This document shows, piece by piece, positions 39,301-53,321 of a stretch of DNA of 64,000 nucleotides (position 1 is its first letter; every line of letters starts with the position of its first letter). The translations under genes were made by a program, and so were the position numbers. The stretch lies in NCBI RefSeq assembly GCF_002105155.1, contig NW_019028982.1:310001-374000 (forward strand), read 5' to 3'. Under the pieces are notes generated by a model that did not search any database, was not told where the DNA came from, and worked only from the letters and a program-made list of their open reading frames with translations. The DNA is from Lobosporangium transversale. Lineage: Eukaryota.

Positions 39301-40667
39301 CTATGAGGCAGTCCATGGAGGAGACACAGACAGCCCTTCTAGAGACTCAGCGGTTGTTGGGGGCCAGCCAGTATGAGCTCAAGCAGGCACATGAGCAGAA
39401 TAAGCATGCTAGCAGAGAGCTGGAGGAGGCTCTTGCGGCGCTCAAGACCGCACAGGAGAAAGCAGCTGCCTCAGAAGCAGCGGCCCTTGCTGCAAAGGAG
39501 GCTGCAATGGCTGCAACAGCAATGGCAGCGGCAGCGGCAGCGACGGCATCAACTGGAGGGAGACGATCACCGGAGGAAGAGAAGAAGCAGAAAGAGATGG
39601 AAGAGGAGCAGCAACGAAAGATTTCGGTCGCATTGGCGGAGGCAGAAGAGAAGCGGGCCGCGACTTTTAGGGCTCATCAGGAGGAGTTGGAGTTGGTGAT
39701 TGACAATGCTCAAAAGACCATTCAGGAACTTCAGTTAAAGAATCAGGATCTGGAGCAACAACTTCGGGTGTCTGAGAACAAGATTGCAATCCTGCTGGAT
39801 AATTACCAAGGTCCGGATTCGGTCCGCAACAGTGTGGCTAGCGTTGGAAGTGGCAGTGATGATTTGATGATGCGACTGCTGGAGGCTAGCCAACATCAAC
39901 ATCCCCATCAATTGCCGCCCACTGTTGCCAGTTTGATTGCTCAAGGAAGAGCCGCAGCAGCAGCAGCAGCAGCGGCAGCAGCACAGTCAGGAGCAGCTGG
40001 TGGAGCTTCTGGCCCATCTTCAACATCACCTTCACCAGCACTAACCGCAGCAGCAACAACAACAGGATCAGGCCTCACAGGAGCAAATCGGATCCCCACA
40101 CCTGTGTCTCACGGATCGCATTTGACGGATAGATCTTCAGCAGATTCCTTGGCTAATGAGTTGGAATTGTTTCGCTCTACCTGGGGTCAAGCCCACTTGG
40201 CAGGTGCAGCTTACAGACCTGTGTTGACAACTGTTATCTCTTCGGAATCTACATCCTTTGGCCCTGCACAAGATGATGATGATGAGAACAATGCTCATGA
40301 AGGCACTGCCGATATCAACAACACCAATACCGATGAGGATGCAGCAGCAGCAGGCATCAATTCGCATGCTTCGACTCCACCAGCATCAACTGAAGGGGAT
40401 TCATCACTTGCTGGAGCTGATGGTTCAATGGCAACGGATGCAGATGCGGGAGAAGGAAGGGATGATGGGGTGAATACAAGTGACGATGCTACCACTGCAG
40501 AAGCAACAGTATCACCTACGTCTGTTGTGACTCACAGCAGTAGCAACCCTCTTCCAGCGGCCACCATGGGGCCTTCTGCATCGACATTGAGCTCTGCTCA
40601 AAAACTGGAGGAATATGAAAAAATGATTGAGAATATGGCAAACACACGACGAAAAAATGAGGAATGA
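33584..40667 (+). CDS. Kelch-repeat and coiled-coil cell-polarity protein, Kel1/Tea1-like
   Basis: Seven exons splice in frame. Kelch repeats (PFPRIGH..YVFGG, PAPRHSH..FIFGG, PPARAGH..YIFGG, PTSRQGH..IYGG, PSPRTEH..FILGG), then polyQ tracts and a long coiled coil containing AALQEAAYLKAK. Confidence 0.88.
35267..35360. repeat. (TTTTGC)n grading into (TTTAC)n microsatellite inside a kelch-gene intron
   Basis: Tandem ttttgc units followed by tttac/tttgc units. Confidence 0.85.
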
Positions 40668-40730
40668 TGAACAAGCAAAAAAAAAAAAAAAAAAAAAAAA
40701 AAAGTCGATTCTAATTATTATTACCATTAC

Positions 40731-40767
<37 letters not shown>

Positions 40768-41144
40768 TTATTATCATTATTACTTTACTTTAAACGAACC
40801 CTTTATCTTTTAGACATTCAAGAGATGAAAAAGAAAAAAAGAAAAAAAGAAAAAGAAGCGATATTGTTATAACTTACTATTGCTGTCATTATTATTTTAA
40901 TGAAGATTATGTCAGCCATTGTTTGAACGCAGTTTTTATCATCAGAAAGAAATACAAGTCTTTTTTTTATATGCAACTGAATGGGAAAATAAAAAGAGTC
41001 GACTCAATGATTCTGGCTGCATGGTCAGTTGGTTGCCGGATGGGATATACATATATATATGTCTATTGTGTATATTTATATAAAAGTGTCGTGTCAAGGT
41101 CAAGAGTGTCCTTTGCTCATTGACTTTTTCCCTTTCTCTCCTTG

Positions 41145-41756
41145 ATGAACAAGCGGGTTCCCCCTGACAAACAACTGTCTGTTCCTTCGACAAGACAAAC
41201 AAACAAAAAAAGTCAGGATAAAATGCTCCTCAAATATCCACTCCTAACAAAACCCCGTCACTCACTCGACGTTAACTGCCTGTGTTCAATTAGTTTGTAC
41301 GTTTATGGACTGGCTTTTCTTTTGTTTAATTTTATTTAGAGTCAATCCCTCTGGAGCTACCAAATACGAACATGACGCCGTAGACGATGGTCTGTTGAAA
41401 TGGTCTACGATGGACGGGACGACCTGTTTACATTGGCATGGGCATTGTGGACGTACACAGTACCTTCATCTACACCGCTCTTTGGCTCGAGAAGCAAGAT
41501 GCAGTATCAGATTTCCAGGGCAGAGGGATCTTATAAAGTAAGCAGGCTATTTTTACCTTTCTTTATTTCTCGTCAGGTTTCCAAAGAAGACTGACACACA
41601 TTCGTTCAAGGCTATAGTAATGTGGATCAGTCCTTCTTTGTAAACCATTCAGTAAATTTAATTCGGATCTACGGAGGGGACTTGACTTTTTATCTGGACC
41701 CTCATTCGATATCACTTTATGTAATTGAACAGGAGAACGCAATGACCTCTGTCTAA
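41145..41756 (+). CDS. Possible orphan 3-exon gene, about 160 aa
   Basis: Exons 41145-41296, 41340-41537 and 41618-41756 join into one open frame through GTACGT..TAG (43 nt) and GTAAGC..CTGAC..TAG (80 nt) introns. No homology recognised. Confidence 0.25.
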
Positions 41757-42248
41757 AAAATATATAAAAATATATATATATATATATAATAAAGGAGTCT
41801 ATGCCTCTTTGTATCTCAATCCAGTCATGGCTGCGTGGATACTAGATTTCCATCCATTTCGTTGTTCGTTGTCCAAGCGACCTGATAACTAGATCGGTGC
41901 ATGTGGTGATCATAATGAAAGGCTCAACACAATTTGTAAAGAGGGATGCAGGGTATTTTGGCATTCTTGTTAGTTGCACTAGCCTCACGTGTAGTATACA
42001 TGTTGTAACATTATTATACATATACATGCTGTATAGATGTGGACAGTAGAATACATATATATATAAATGCACCATGCCATCCAGATGCCCCCCATCGCCC
42101 ATTGCATTGCATTGTATTTGCTCCCGCTCTTTGTTTTCCTCTTTGCTTTTGCTTTTGCTTTTGCTGTGCATTTGTCCTTTTCCTTTTTTATATCGTTTCC
42201 CCCCTTTCCTCCTTTTCTTTTTCTACTTCTTTTCTACTTTTTGCTACA

Positions 42249-42279
<31 letters not shown>

Positions 42280-42539
42280 CTCCATCTTCATCTCTCTCTT
42301 TCTTCTTCTTCCTCTTCTTCTTCTTCTTCCTCTTCTTCTTCCCCTTATCACTCTATATTATTAATAGACTTTGTTGCTCACACTTTGCCACTTGACTCAC
42401 CACACTTCCCTCGCTCCCCCCCTTTTTTTTTTTTTTTTTTTTTCACATCCTTCAACTTTTACTATCCTCTACTCACTATATACCACTAAAAAGAAACAGA
42501 AACAAAAAAAAAAAAAAAAAAAAAACAATAACCATAGCT

Positions 42540-43784
42540 ATGAATGCACCGAGGAATTTTGGCTTGGACAGAGGTGAGTAATGATAGCCATTGCATTCTC
42601 CCACCACAATGGATTCAACAACAATAACAGAAACAACAACGAAGAAGAAGAAAAAGAAAAAAAAAGAAAAAGAAAAAGAAAAAAGAAAAGAGAAAAGCTC
42701 ATTTCCATTTGGTCAAAAGTGATGACCATCTTTAAGAAAAAAAAAAAAAAAAAAAAAAATTGTTTTTTTTTGTTGTCCACAACGAATTCAATGGCCCGTG
42801 CGCATTTCAGGCACAAAAAACCTCTCGAATCACAGAAACAATAATATAATATTTATACAGATAATCATCATCACCTTGATCATAACAATCGTAATAATAA
42901 AATGATCATTATGCCCTTATCGATTTCAAATAGAGATTGCTGCAAAGCTCGCGTCCAAGTATGACGTGGGAAGGGAAATCGAGGTATCCATACAACTGAA
43001 GAAAGGAAATATAAAAAAAGAAAGAAAAAAAAGAACTTGCTGTTAGAATGTCTTTAACTTTTTTTGTTTTCTCAAAAAAAAAAAAAAAAAAAGGCCCGAG
43101 AGTGGATAGAGACCGTTATAGGAGAACCGTTCCCTTATGAAGGGTTCCAAGAGTCCCTTAAAGACGGTGTCATTTTAATCAAGTAAAACAAAGCTCCTTT
43201 TTGTTTTCTTTTTCTTTTTCTTTTTCCTTTTCCTTTTCTTTTTCTTCAATTTCCACACAGCTAATAATACCATTCATTACTACATTGGTCCTCCAAACTT
43301 TTTACACATCTTCCGTCCTCCTTATTGGTGGTGTAAATTCTTTGGCATCTTAGGCTGATGAATGTACTTATTCCAGGGTTTTTCAAGATCAAGGCCTCTA
43401 AAATGCCATTTGTTCAGGTTAGGTTTTTTTTTTTTTTTTTTTTTTCTTTTTTTTTGAATGAAATCCACATATCATGAAATAAAATTAGTTTGCTTTTGCT
43501 TAGAGTAATAACAATGATATTAATGGTGATGACAATAATATAGATGGAAAATATATCGAAATTCCTAGAAGGATGTGTACGTCTTGGATGTCCTAAACAT
43601 GACCTCTTCCAAACAATTGATCTGTACGAGAACAAGAACCCTGGTCAGGTCGTGGACGCAATTTGGTCTCTATCCCGTCATGCAGCCAAAGCTGGATGCG
43701 ATATTCCTGTAAGTGGGCTATAAGCTTTTCTTTTTTTTTTACTAACCATCCAAAGCACTTAAAATATATTCCTAACTCACCTTT

Positions 43785-43819
<35 letters not shown>

Positions 43820-44188
43820 TATAAAATAGGTTCTCGGTCCTAAACTTTCTGATAAGCATGTACGGGAGGAATAACTGACAACATTCAGTCTTAAAACTTT
43901 TATATTATATATATATATATAATATATATATATCCATATATTCTTATCAACTGTAACAGCTCGACTGACGACCTCCGTCCTTTCCCCCCCCCCTCTTTCG
44001 ACTATCATTAGGAGGTTGAGTTCTCAGAAGAGGTTTTGAATGCTGGCAAGAGTGTGATTAATACATACCAATATGGGTATGCTGGCGGGGCAAATCTTTC
44101 GGGTGTTCGACATGGGTACCGTCGTGAGATCGGAGGTATCGACCCAAGGCGTCACAGCTCACTCAACTCCAACGGAAACAAATCATAA
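42540..44188 (+). CDS. SCP1: Calponin/transgelin-family actin-binding protein, 7 exons (not in ORF track)
   Basis: Spliced product MNAPRNFGLDREIAAKLASKYD...AREWIE...FQESLKDGVILIKL...KMPFVQMENISKFL...DLFQTIDLYENKNPGQV...QYGYAGGANLSG. This is a CH domain plus a calponin repeat. Confidence 0.92.
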
Positions 44189-44568
44189 ACCGAACCTGGG
44201 GCACCAAACCTCCTGCACAACTTTATACTATTTTCTTTATTTTAAAAACCGGATCAACAATAAACGATTTCTTGGGAAAAAAAAAAAAAAAAAAAAGGAA
44301 AAAAAAGAATAGTTGCATTGATATATAATATAGCCTGGATACATTTTACATATAAATAATATCAAAATCAAAATCATATATTTATGGGGTGGAGTCGAGA
44401 CTTGAACTACCTAGCAACTCCCTTACACATAATGTGCATAAATATGAACATAAAGATAATCGTAAACATGTTCATTTTTAAATGATGGTGTTGTTTGTGA
44501 ATTATAGGATAGATATAGATATTTTTGCTCATTTATTAATGTTTTTGATGGGTGTATAAAGAAAAGAA

Positions 44569-44605
<37 letters not shown>

Positions 44606-45599
44606 TGTAATGAAGGGAAGGCCTGAAAAAAGCAAAAGACATCTTTATACGTTGAGTATAAAGTTGTCCATGCAGAGAAAAAAACCCACATCCAAAGCCA
44701 AGATCCAGAGAGGAAAACAAAAAAAAAAAAAAAAGTAAAGGAGATAGCTCAAAATGGAATAATGAGCAAAGTCCTTCTCTTCTTTTTCTTTTGTTTTAAA
44801 AAAATAACACTCTCTGCTCCCAGCTATGGTGCTTTTCTCAGGATAGAACGTCGACGACATTTTTTTTTTTTTTTTTTTTTTTGGGACATTTTGTGGTTAG
44901 GGGAATAAGAAAAAAAATAAAAAAGTCGTTGCCTTGAGAACTTTACAAAGAAAATCTTCGGTTGACGAAAATCTCTATGCATGTCTCAAATATGAACGAC
45001 AACAACTCACAGTATTCATTCTTGCTTGACCGACTAGATCCCCAAAAATAAAAAATAAAAAATCGAGAACTCGGACTTGAAAGGGCTTGAGGACTTGAAG
45101 GTGAGAAGGGACCGAATCAACACCAACAAATATGTATATTAATAAAGTACTGACAAGCAGGGGGGAGATCTCATCGAAGACATTGGGGGTCGCCATGGAG
45201 CACGTCCTTATTTTCGAGAAAAGGACTTTTTCATTTCTCTTGCTTGCTTGCTTGCTTGCTTGCGCTTCTGGACGACAGCTGTGTTGGAAATAGGAAAGAA
45301 TAGAAAAAATGACGAAAATGGAGGGGGAAAAAAAAAGAAATAGGGAATTTATACACACACACACACACACACCGAAAACATTTTTTTTAAGCAAAGAAAA
45401 AAGGAAAAGAAAGAGAAAAAGAAAGGAAAAAAAAGTGTTTGTAGCAAATGTTTTTTTTTTTTTTTGCTTCTGTTGAAGAAACTTCCAGGTTAGTGTAGCA
45501 TCATCATCCAGCAACAATCCAACATGAAAGTCAAAGAAAAAAGATAATAATAATAATAATAAAAAAAAATGTTCATGGAGTAGGGGAGAGGGAGGATAG

Positions 45600-45753
45600 A
45601 TTCGGGATCTGTTAAGAGGTCCCAGGGGTGAATGCCGTTGAGGCACCCTAACTTTTTTACCATATCGTTCACTTTTGTTGAAAAGAAACGCATTGGCCCT
45701 AAGGCCATTTTCGAATCAAAATTCGAAAATGGCGGAATGGCACGGCAACGTTC
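45600..45753 (-). other. Structured RNA candidate in the MET6 3' UTR (13-bp perfect hairpin plus further stems)
   Basis: Perfect inverted repeat GCCATTTTCGAAT-CAAA-ATTCGAAAATGGC at 45704-45733, 20 nt after the stop codon, followed by several more stems. Confidence 0.5.
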
Positions 45754-45902
45754 TTAAGCCTCCTTGATGGCACGGAGGGCCTCGGCAACAGCAACCATGT
45801 TAGTCAAGGACTCACGAACCTCCTTCCAGCCACGGGTCTTGAGACCACAGTCAGGGTTGATCCACAGGTTACGGCGAGGAATGTACCTAAATAGATATAG
45901 GA

Positions 45903-45933
<31 letters not shown>

Positions 45934-48344
45934 TTAAATCACGTTCCTTATCAACATTGGAGGACAACACAGCATTAGATAAAAAGACAAGACAAAAGAT
46001 AAAGACTTACTTCAGCATGGCATCGGCACGCTCCTTCATCTCAGCAGTCGAAGGAACACGTGGAGAATGAATATCAAAGACACCGGGCCCGATCTCAGCA
46101 GTATAACCATGGGTCGAGAAGGCACCCAAGATACGCATGTCCGATTTGGAGTTCTCGATGGTCAAGACATCAGCATCCATTCGGATAATGGCCTGGAAGA
46201 TATCTTGGAAGTCAGAGTAGCACATGTGGGTGTGGATGACTGTGGTATCTTGAACACCAGTGGTCGAGAGCAAGAAGGCATCGACGGCCCACTGAAGGTA
46301 AAAGTTAAAGTCAACAGAGCGGAGAGGAAGACCCTCACGGATAGCGGGCTCATCGACCTGGATGTGGATAATGCCAGCCTTTTCAAGATCGACGACCTCA
46401 TCGCGGATGGCAAGTGCCAACTGGTTGCAGACAACAGAGCGAGGAATGTCATCACGGACAAAGGACCACTGCAAGCAAGTGACAGGACCAGTTAACATAC
46501 CCTTCATGGGCTTGCTGGTCAAGGACTGGGCATAGACAGACTCGGCAATGGTCATGGGCTTGACACGGTGGACATCACCAAAGATGATCGGAGGTCGGAC
46601 GCAGCGAGAGCCATACGAGGCAATCCAGCCGTTTTCGGAGAAGATATAACCTTCCAAGCGCTCGCCAAAGTAGGCGACCATGTCATTACGCTCTGCCTCA
46701 CCGTGGACGAGGACATCAATGTTGAGCTTCTCCTGCTCGCTGACACAGTAAGCGATCTCTTTCTTGATGAACTCGTTGTAAGCAGCCTCATCGATCTCAC
46801 CCTTCGTGAACCTGGCACGAGCCAAACGGATCTCCTTAGTCTGAGGGAAGGAGCCAATGGTTGTGGTGGGGAACTCGGGCAGGGGATGGGCCTGGTGCTG
46901 TTTAGCTTGACGCTCAGAAAATCCGCTTCGGCGACGGAGCTGATCAGGAACAATGGCCTCGAGACGCTGGCGGACAGCGCTGTTGGTGGTGTGGGATGAA
47001 GTGCGACGAGCATCGATCGAACGGGCATTGTCGGCCAACTCAGCCCGGACAGATTCCGCACCATGGTTAAGGGCGTGAACAAGGGTGTGAACCTCCTTGC
47101 ATTTTTCCTCAGAAAAGGCAAGCCAGTCAAAGAGTTCGGGATGCTTGGAAGCGAGACGCTTCTCGAACTTGAGGGTCACAGGGGTATGCAAAAGAGAGCA
47201 TGAGGGGGCAACGAAGACGCGGTCGGAACCGAGAGAAGCCACGGCAGTCTGAGCGATCTTGAGAGCGTTGGCGAGGTTCGTCTTCCAGATGTTACGACCA
47301 TCGACCAAACCGAGGGAAAGAACCTGGGTCTGGTTGATGTTAGCAATGACATGCTCGAGCTGCTCTGAGGCACGAACGAGATCGATATGAAGACCAGCAA
47401 CACCAGAGTTCTTGACAAACGAGACATTGCTGCCGATACGGCCAAAGTAGGTGGCAATCAAGAACTTGAGCTGAGGAGCAGCAGCGGTCAAGCGAGTGTA
47501 GGTCTCTTGGAAGTGACCGATGACAGCATCAGCGAGGTCAAGGGCGAGAATGGGCTCATCAACCTGGATCCAATCAGCACCAGCTTGAGCGAGCTTTGAG
47601 AAGAGCTCTTCATAGACTGGGAGGAGCTTGGGGAGGAGAGTGATAAGTTCAAGACCGACAGAGTTCTTGGCAGCCTTGCCGAGTAAGAGGAAGGAGAGAG
47701 GACCGAGGACAACAGGACGGGTGTGGATACCAAGGGCCTTGGCTTCGTTGAACTCCTCAAGAGTCTTGATCTTGGGGCCGAGATGGAAGGTTTGGTTAGT
47801 CTCGAATTCGGGAACGATGTAATGGTAGTTGGTGTCAAACCACTTCTTCATCTCTTGAGCCTCGATATCAACCTTCTCTTGGGTCTCGGTGGCAGGCTTC
47901 TGGATACCACGGCCGATGGCAAAATTGCGCTCATGACCGTCGGGGAGATGACGGAAACGCTGAGGAATGACGTTGAACATGACGGAATGGTCAAGCACAT
48001 GATCGTAGAAGGAGAAGTCGCCCGAAGGGATCTGGGCCAGACCCTGAGCCTTCTGCAACTTCCAGTTCTCAGCACGCAGTTTGACGGCTGCCTCATCGAG
48101 GGCCTGCTCATTGACCTTGCCGGCCCAGAAGCTCTCGACGATCTTCTTGGTCTCGCGCTGGGCGCCCTATTGACGATCAAAGAAATCAGATAAGGAGGGA
48201 ACGTGGGTTAGGCAAATAAATAAATAAATAAATTTAAGATTAAGACAAACATTGGATAGTTTAGGTTCAAATTTCGCACGCATTTTTTGATCAAACGACA
48301 AGACGTACGATTCTGGGGAAACCCAAGTTAGTAGCCTGAACCAT
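45754..48344 (-). CDS. MET6: Cobalamin-independent methionine synthase (MetE)
   Basis: Three exons. [74 protein letters not shown] and [13 protein letters not shown]. Confidence 0.97.
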
Positions 48345-48798
48345 GGTGATAGTAGTGGGTGTGGTAGAAAGAGTTGGATGTATGTGTATGCTTGTGGAAG
48401 GGTAAAAGAACTTGGAAGAGATCTTTTTTGGGGATAGGTCTGGTATGAATAGGATCTGCGAAGGAGAAAAAAGAAGAAAAAAAAAAAAAAAAGAGAGAGA
48501 AGGGAGTGCAGTAACGTTTTTATACTCATTGGGATGGGACTGTCTTTCTCTGTCGCCTCATCTGATTGGACGATCTATGTAGGCGCCAAATTGCTTCGTC
48601 TGTGGCGTGGAGGGATCACATCATTTTTCCAATTGAAAATGCCTCTACAGTAGACATGAATACATAAAAATAGCTAGAGTGAAAGCAATGCTTTTTTCTT
48701 TTTCCTCTTTAGCAATAGGTAGAGAGATGAAGCTTGGGTCTTTTATCATTCCAATACCACAGCTTGATAACAATAGGCCTTAAATGAGGAGCAATGTT

Positions 48799-48834
<36 letters not shown>

Positions 48835-49374
48835 TGTTGTAAAGTGACATGAACAGGATAGGAATGTTTTTCGCGTAAAGAAATATGTACAGTACATGTA
48901 TATTTTTGAGTGAATGTGTACATGTTCTGTCGGCAGATGTTTCTCTCTTTTTTTTTTTTTTTTTTTTTGGCAAATATCACGATGACTCTTTGAGCACAAA
49001 GATTTGTGTGAGAAAATACGCCAAATCCTATCTCCGCTCGATGTGCTCACACCTGTCAAAAATTCTATAGTCCTATGGATGCATTTAAGCATTGAAGTGT
49101 TGACAATGATGTTTATGTTTATGAGAGAGATATCACACTCTAAATACCCACATTCCCCTGGACGCATCAATGCATAAGACGCGCTTTTGATTTATATCTA
49201 TACTTTGGTCAGCCAAATACTATTTGATTATAGATATCCAAATACAAAACATACTGCACATCCATCGTGCACGTTCAGGACCTCAACAACAGCTCTGTCG
49301 CCTTTCTTCTCCTTCCTTTTTTCTTGTCTTTTTTTTTTTTATTTTTTTTTAGCAACTTAATTCAATTAAATACA

Positions 49375-50620
49375 ATGGATGTTGCAGAATTGGCAGAGGC
49401 ATTCAAGGAGCAATCCCCAAACCATGCACAACTGATGCAACGCATGCAAGCACTCATGGGACAGGGTATAGACGTCTCTTCTTTATTCGCGAATGTAGTC
49501 TCAGTAAGGATAGTTGCTATTCACATCCAACCTTCAGATATTAAGCAAAAGGAAGGAGCATCTTCATGTTTACATAAAGTATTTGTATTAATAAACAATA
49601 CTTCCGATCTAAGCTTGCGTCCATACGCGATATACCCATCAAAAAGGCTGCCTACGCGTTCCTGACTATGTATGGCCGGACGAACGAAGAACTATGCTTC
49701 CTAAGCATCAACACACTTCTTCAGGACTGTGCGGATGCTGATCCCATCGTACGATCCCTTGCATTGCGAACACTTTGCTCGCTTGGGTAAGGTAGGGGGA
49801 GGGAACAGAGGGATCTGAAGGATATTGACCTTTATTCTGTGAATATGACCTAAAGGACTATCTAATCGATCATATTGTTCATTTTATTTTATTTTATTTT
49901 ATTTTTATTTTTTTTATTTTTTATATAGACAGAAAAGTGCACTGCGGTTCATGCTGCAGCCCTTGAACAAGGGTTTCCAAGACAAAAACGCTCATGTCAG
50001 AAAGACGGCTGTCATGGCGTGTATTCCATTATTCGAACTTGACTCGGTTTTTGTCCTCGGTATATATATCATTTGTATTAATTTTTCTTTTTATATTTCC
50101 ATGTTCAAATGTCCATCATCCTTCTTCTCCCGGTGTCCCACGCTAACCTACGATCGGTTTTTTTTATTGTTATTTTTATTTTTATTTTTATTTTTATTTT
50201 TATTTTTATTTTTATTTTTATTTTTATTTTTATTTATTTATTTTTTATGTTTTATTTTTTTCAGAAAGCGAAATTGTTGATAAATTGTATGGACTACTCA
50301 GAGATCGAGATGCTCAGGTGGTGATCAACTGTATTCTGGCATTAGAAACCATCCTGGTGGATGAAGGCGGCATTGTCATCAATCAAAACATTGCTCAATA
50401 CTTGCTTAAACGATACAAGGATTGGAACGCAAGTCAGCTACAGATCGTCCTTGGAGTCCTCTGCCGCTACAGACCTTTAACTAGCGATGAGCTCTATGAG
50501 ATCATGGTAAGAAGTAGAAGAAGAAAAAGAAAAAGAAAAAGAGCTAGTTTACTAAACCTCAGTCTGATTTACTTTTTTATCGTTATTTGGATACTCTTAC
50601 TCATACTTGATATTTTGCAC

Positions 50621-50652
<32 letters not shown>

Positions 50653-50851
50653 CATATCCACTCATAGAATGATATAGATGATGGCTTGCAGCACCCATCG
50701 CAAGCGGTTCAAATGGCAACCCTTAGATTGTTTATCTGGCTAACCCAAGATTTGAATGAGGTTCAAGAGGATGTCCAAAAGACTATTGAAGGTGCTCTTC
50801 ATTTCTTAATTTGATCCGCAACCTTTTATTGTTACTATTCAGTCACTAACC

Positions 50852-50892
<41 letters not shown>

Positions 50893-53287
50893 TTCCCTTT
50901 GCTGATAAGAAACCCTACTCAAGCATCTGGAATCACCTATACCAGATATTATATATGCATCGCTATGCCATCTTGCACTACTAGTAGAAAAGACTAAGGG
51001 ACTTTTACAAACAGCACCTCAGCATCTCTCTGCTCTTTTCTGCAGGTAAACATAAAGTCATTTTTTATTTGGAATCAACGTACATGTATATAAATTATCT
51101 TATTAACCTTCTAACTTTCTTTACCTACTCTGGTTCTCTTCGTGCTCTCCTTCCTTCATCTCTATTCAATCAAGGTCCTATGAGCCTGTCGCGATTAAAA
51201 CCCAAAAACTTGACCTCTGCACTACCATTGCTCGATCTTCTTCTGCAGCCACTACAGTCAATGCAGATACTGCTGCTGCCTTCACAGAATCAAAGGCACA
51301 GCTACAAAACTACATCTTGGACCATCTCTGCCAGGTTGCGGCTCTGAACTACTCCCCATCTTCTTCTACTATTACTGCCACCACTTCATCTTACCGTCTA
51401 GCGACAAAACTCGATCGACAAACATTAGCAGAGCAACTTCGGGTGGCATGTCATGCGATAGAATCTATCGGAATCATCGGATCTGCGCCTCATACATCAC
51501 CATTATCTAGTTCAGCCTTAGGGTCAGCTTCAACCTCAGGAACACTGATACCCGACCATGAGTATAATCCCACCGAATCACCATTAAAATTACATCATTC
51601 GAGTGGCAAGCGTAATCAACCAAAAGCGATTGTTCAATCCTGTCTTGATCGATTATTTCAATTACTTATTCTCTTTTCGGGAATGGAGCATGTCTTGGAT
51701 CCTAAAGCACACCGTGCTCGTGACCATAGTCGTGACAAAAAGGAGAAAACTATCTCTAATGTTTCATCGTCATCACCATCACCATCACCATCATCATCAC
51801 CAACAGCTTCAACAAGTTGGATGCACTCAATTGATAAAATAGCATTTCAGGACCTGGATTTAGATGAAAGTCAGAAGGCCATGTTGTTGTCGGCTGCCCT
51901 AATAGCCATCGAAAGTAAGGAAGAGAAAGAGTACTAGGTCCTCTTTTCTGTATTGCTCTTTCCGTTTCTAATTTCGATTCTGTCTTTTTTTTTTTTATAT
52001 ATATACCTCTAAAAAACTTCCCCTCCGTCTTCTTCGTACTCTTCCTCTGTCCCTTACCATTATTATCACTGTCGTCGCCCATTGCCGTTTACTATTGCCA
52101 TCAGGATGCTGGCAGCCTGAATTCAAAGCTCGGGTTTGGACATTACGCTCTGTCAACGACTCCTTGGATGAGTTACCATCTAAAAACACCGGGAACGGTA
52201 GCAGTGGTACTGGCAGTGTTAGTATTCTAAAACCATTCCAGATCAAAGCACTCGGCATTCTCCTTCTTCGACATCTTGATCAAGATGAACTGGATCGAAG
52301 AGCCAAAACCAAGAAACCTCTCCGTTTCCGATATGATGATAGCGCGAGTATCAGTGGGGGATGCGGTGGCGGTGGAGATCTGCTTTCCTCTGTGCATAGT
52401 CTATCAGGTTCTGGGAGCGGGATAGGGACAACGGTAGCAACAACAACCGAGGATATTTCAAGGCTCGCAAGGATCAATGGGATTCGGATTTTACTCTTGG
52501 AAGAATCTTTGCAACAACGACAGTTAATCCTACATCAGAACAAGAAGGCGCAATCAACGGAAAGAACAACAGCAGTCGTAACAGATGCTACGGCTATGGC
52601 TACAGCCCTTGCGATGCGATATCAATATGTTGTTGTTCTACAACAGCAAATTCAAGACATAGTACAGTCGATCCATACAAACAACAATGACAACAACAAT
52701 AACAGTACCATGCATTCACTACAAATCAGAAATGAACAAATTGCTGCTCTTCATTTAGCCTGTTACATGGTTGCCTTCGTAATCGATCACGGTGGTTATT
52801 ATCATTCGTTCCTCGACCTCAAAAAGGACGACGGAGGAGGAGGAGGGGGAGGAGGAGGAGGAGGAGGAGAAGGAGAAGGAGAAGGAGAAGGAGAAGATGA
52901 TCGAAACAGTAACCAAGAAGAAGCAAAAAGCCAGAAATATCGAGAGTCTCTTGGAGAAAAACTACCTCGTGAACGTGATAATGAACTTTTGAGATCCAGC
53001 CTCGAGATTCTTGCACATGCAATCGATCAGCTCATTCCTCCAGTAGCAACAACGGAAGAATTGGATGATAATGATTCCCGCATAGACGACGCCTTCAGCC
53101 CTGCTGGTACAGGAAATAATCCGTTCAATGAACAAGGATCGCGACAAACTCCCGACATCCGTCCTCATGATCACAATCATAATCGCCATCATAAAGAGAA
53201 TCTTCTAATTTCAAAAGATGTTGCAGATCGTGCTCGATTTATCAAAGCAGCTTTCCTTGTCCCTCTTTTAAATGGCTTATCGACAGT

Positions 53288-53321
<34 letters not shown>

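Noticed and set aside
42984..43093. Calponin intron 2 with a GTATCCAT donor and TCTTTAAC, reminiscent of a U12-type intron
   Set aside because: The donor deviates from GTATCCTTT and the branch-like site is far from the acceptor. It is more simply a U2 intron.
48168..48700. Search for a cobalamin or SAM riboswitch in the MET6 leader and first intron
   Set aside because: No B12-box or SAM-I core sequence is visible.
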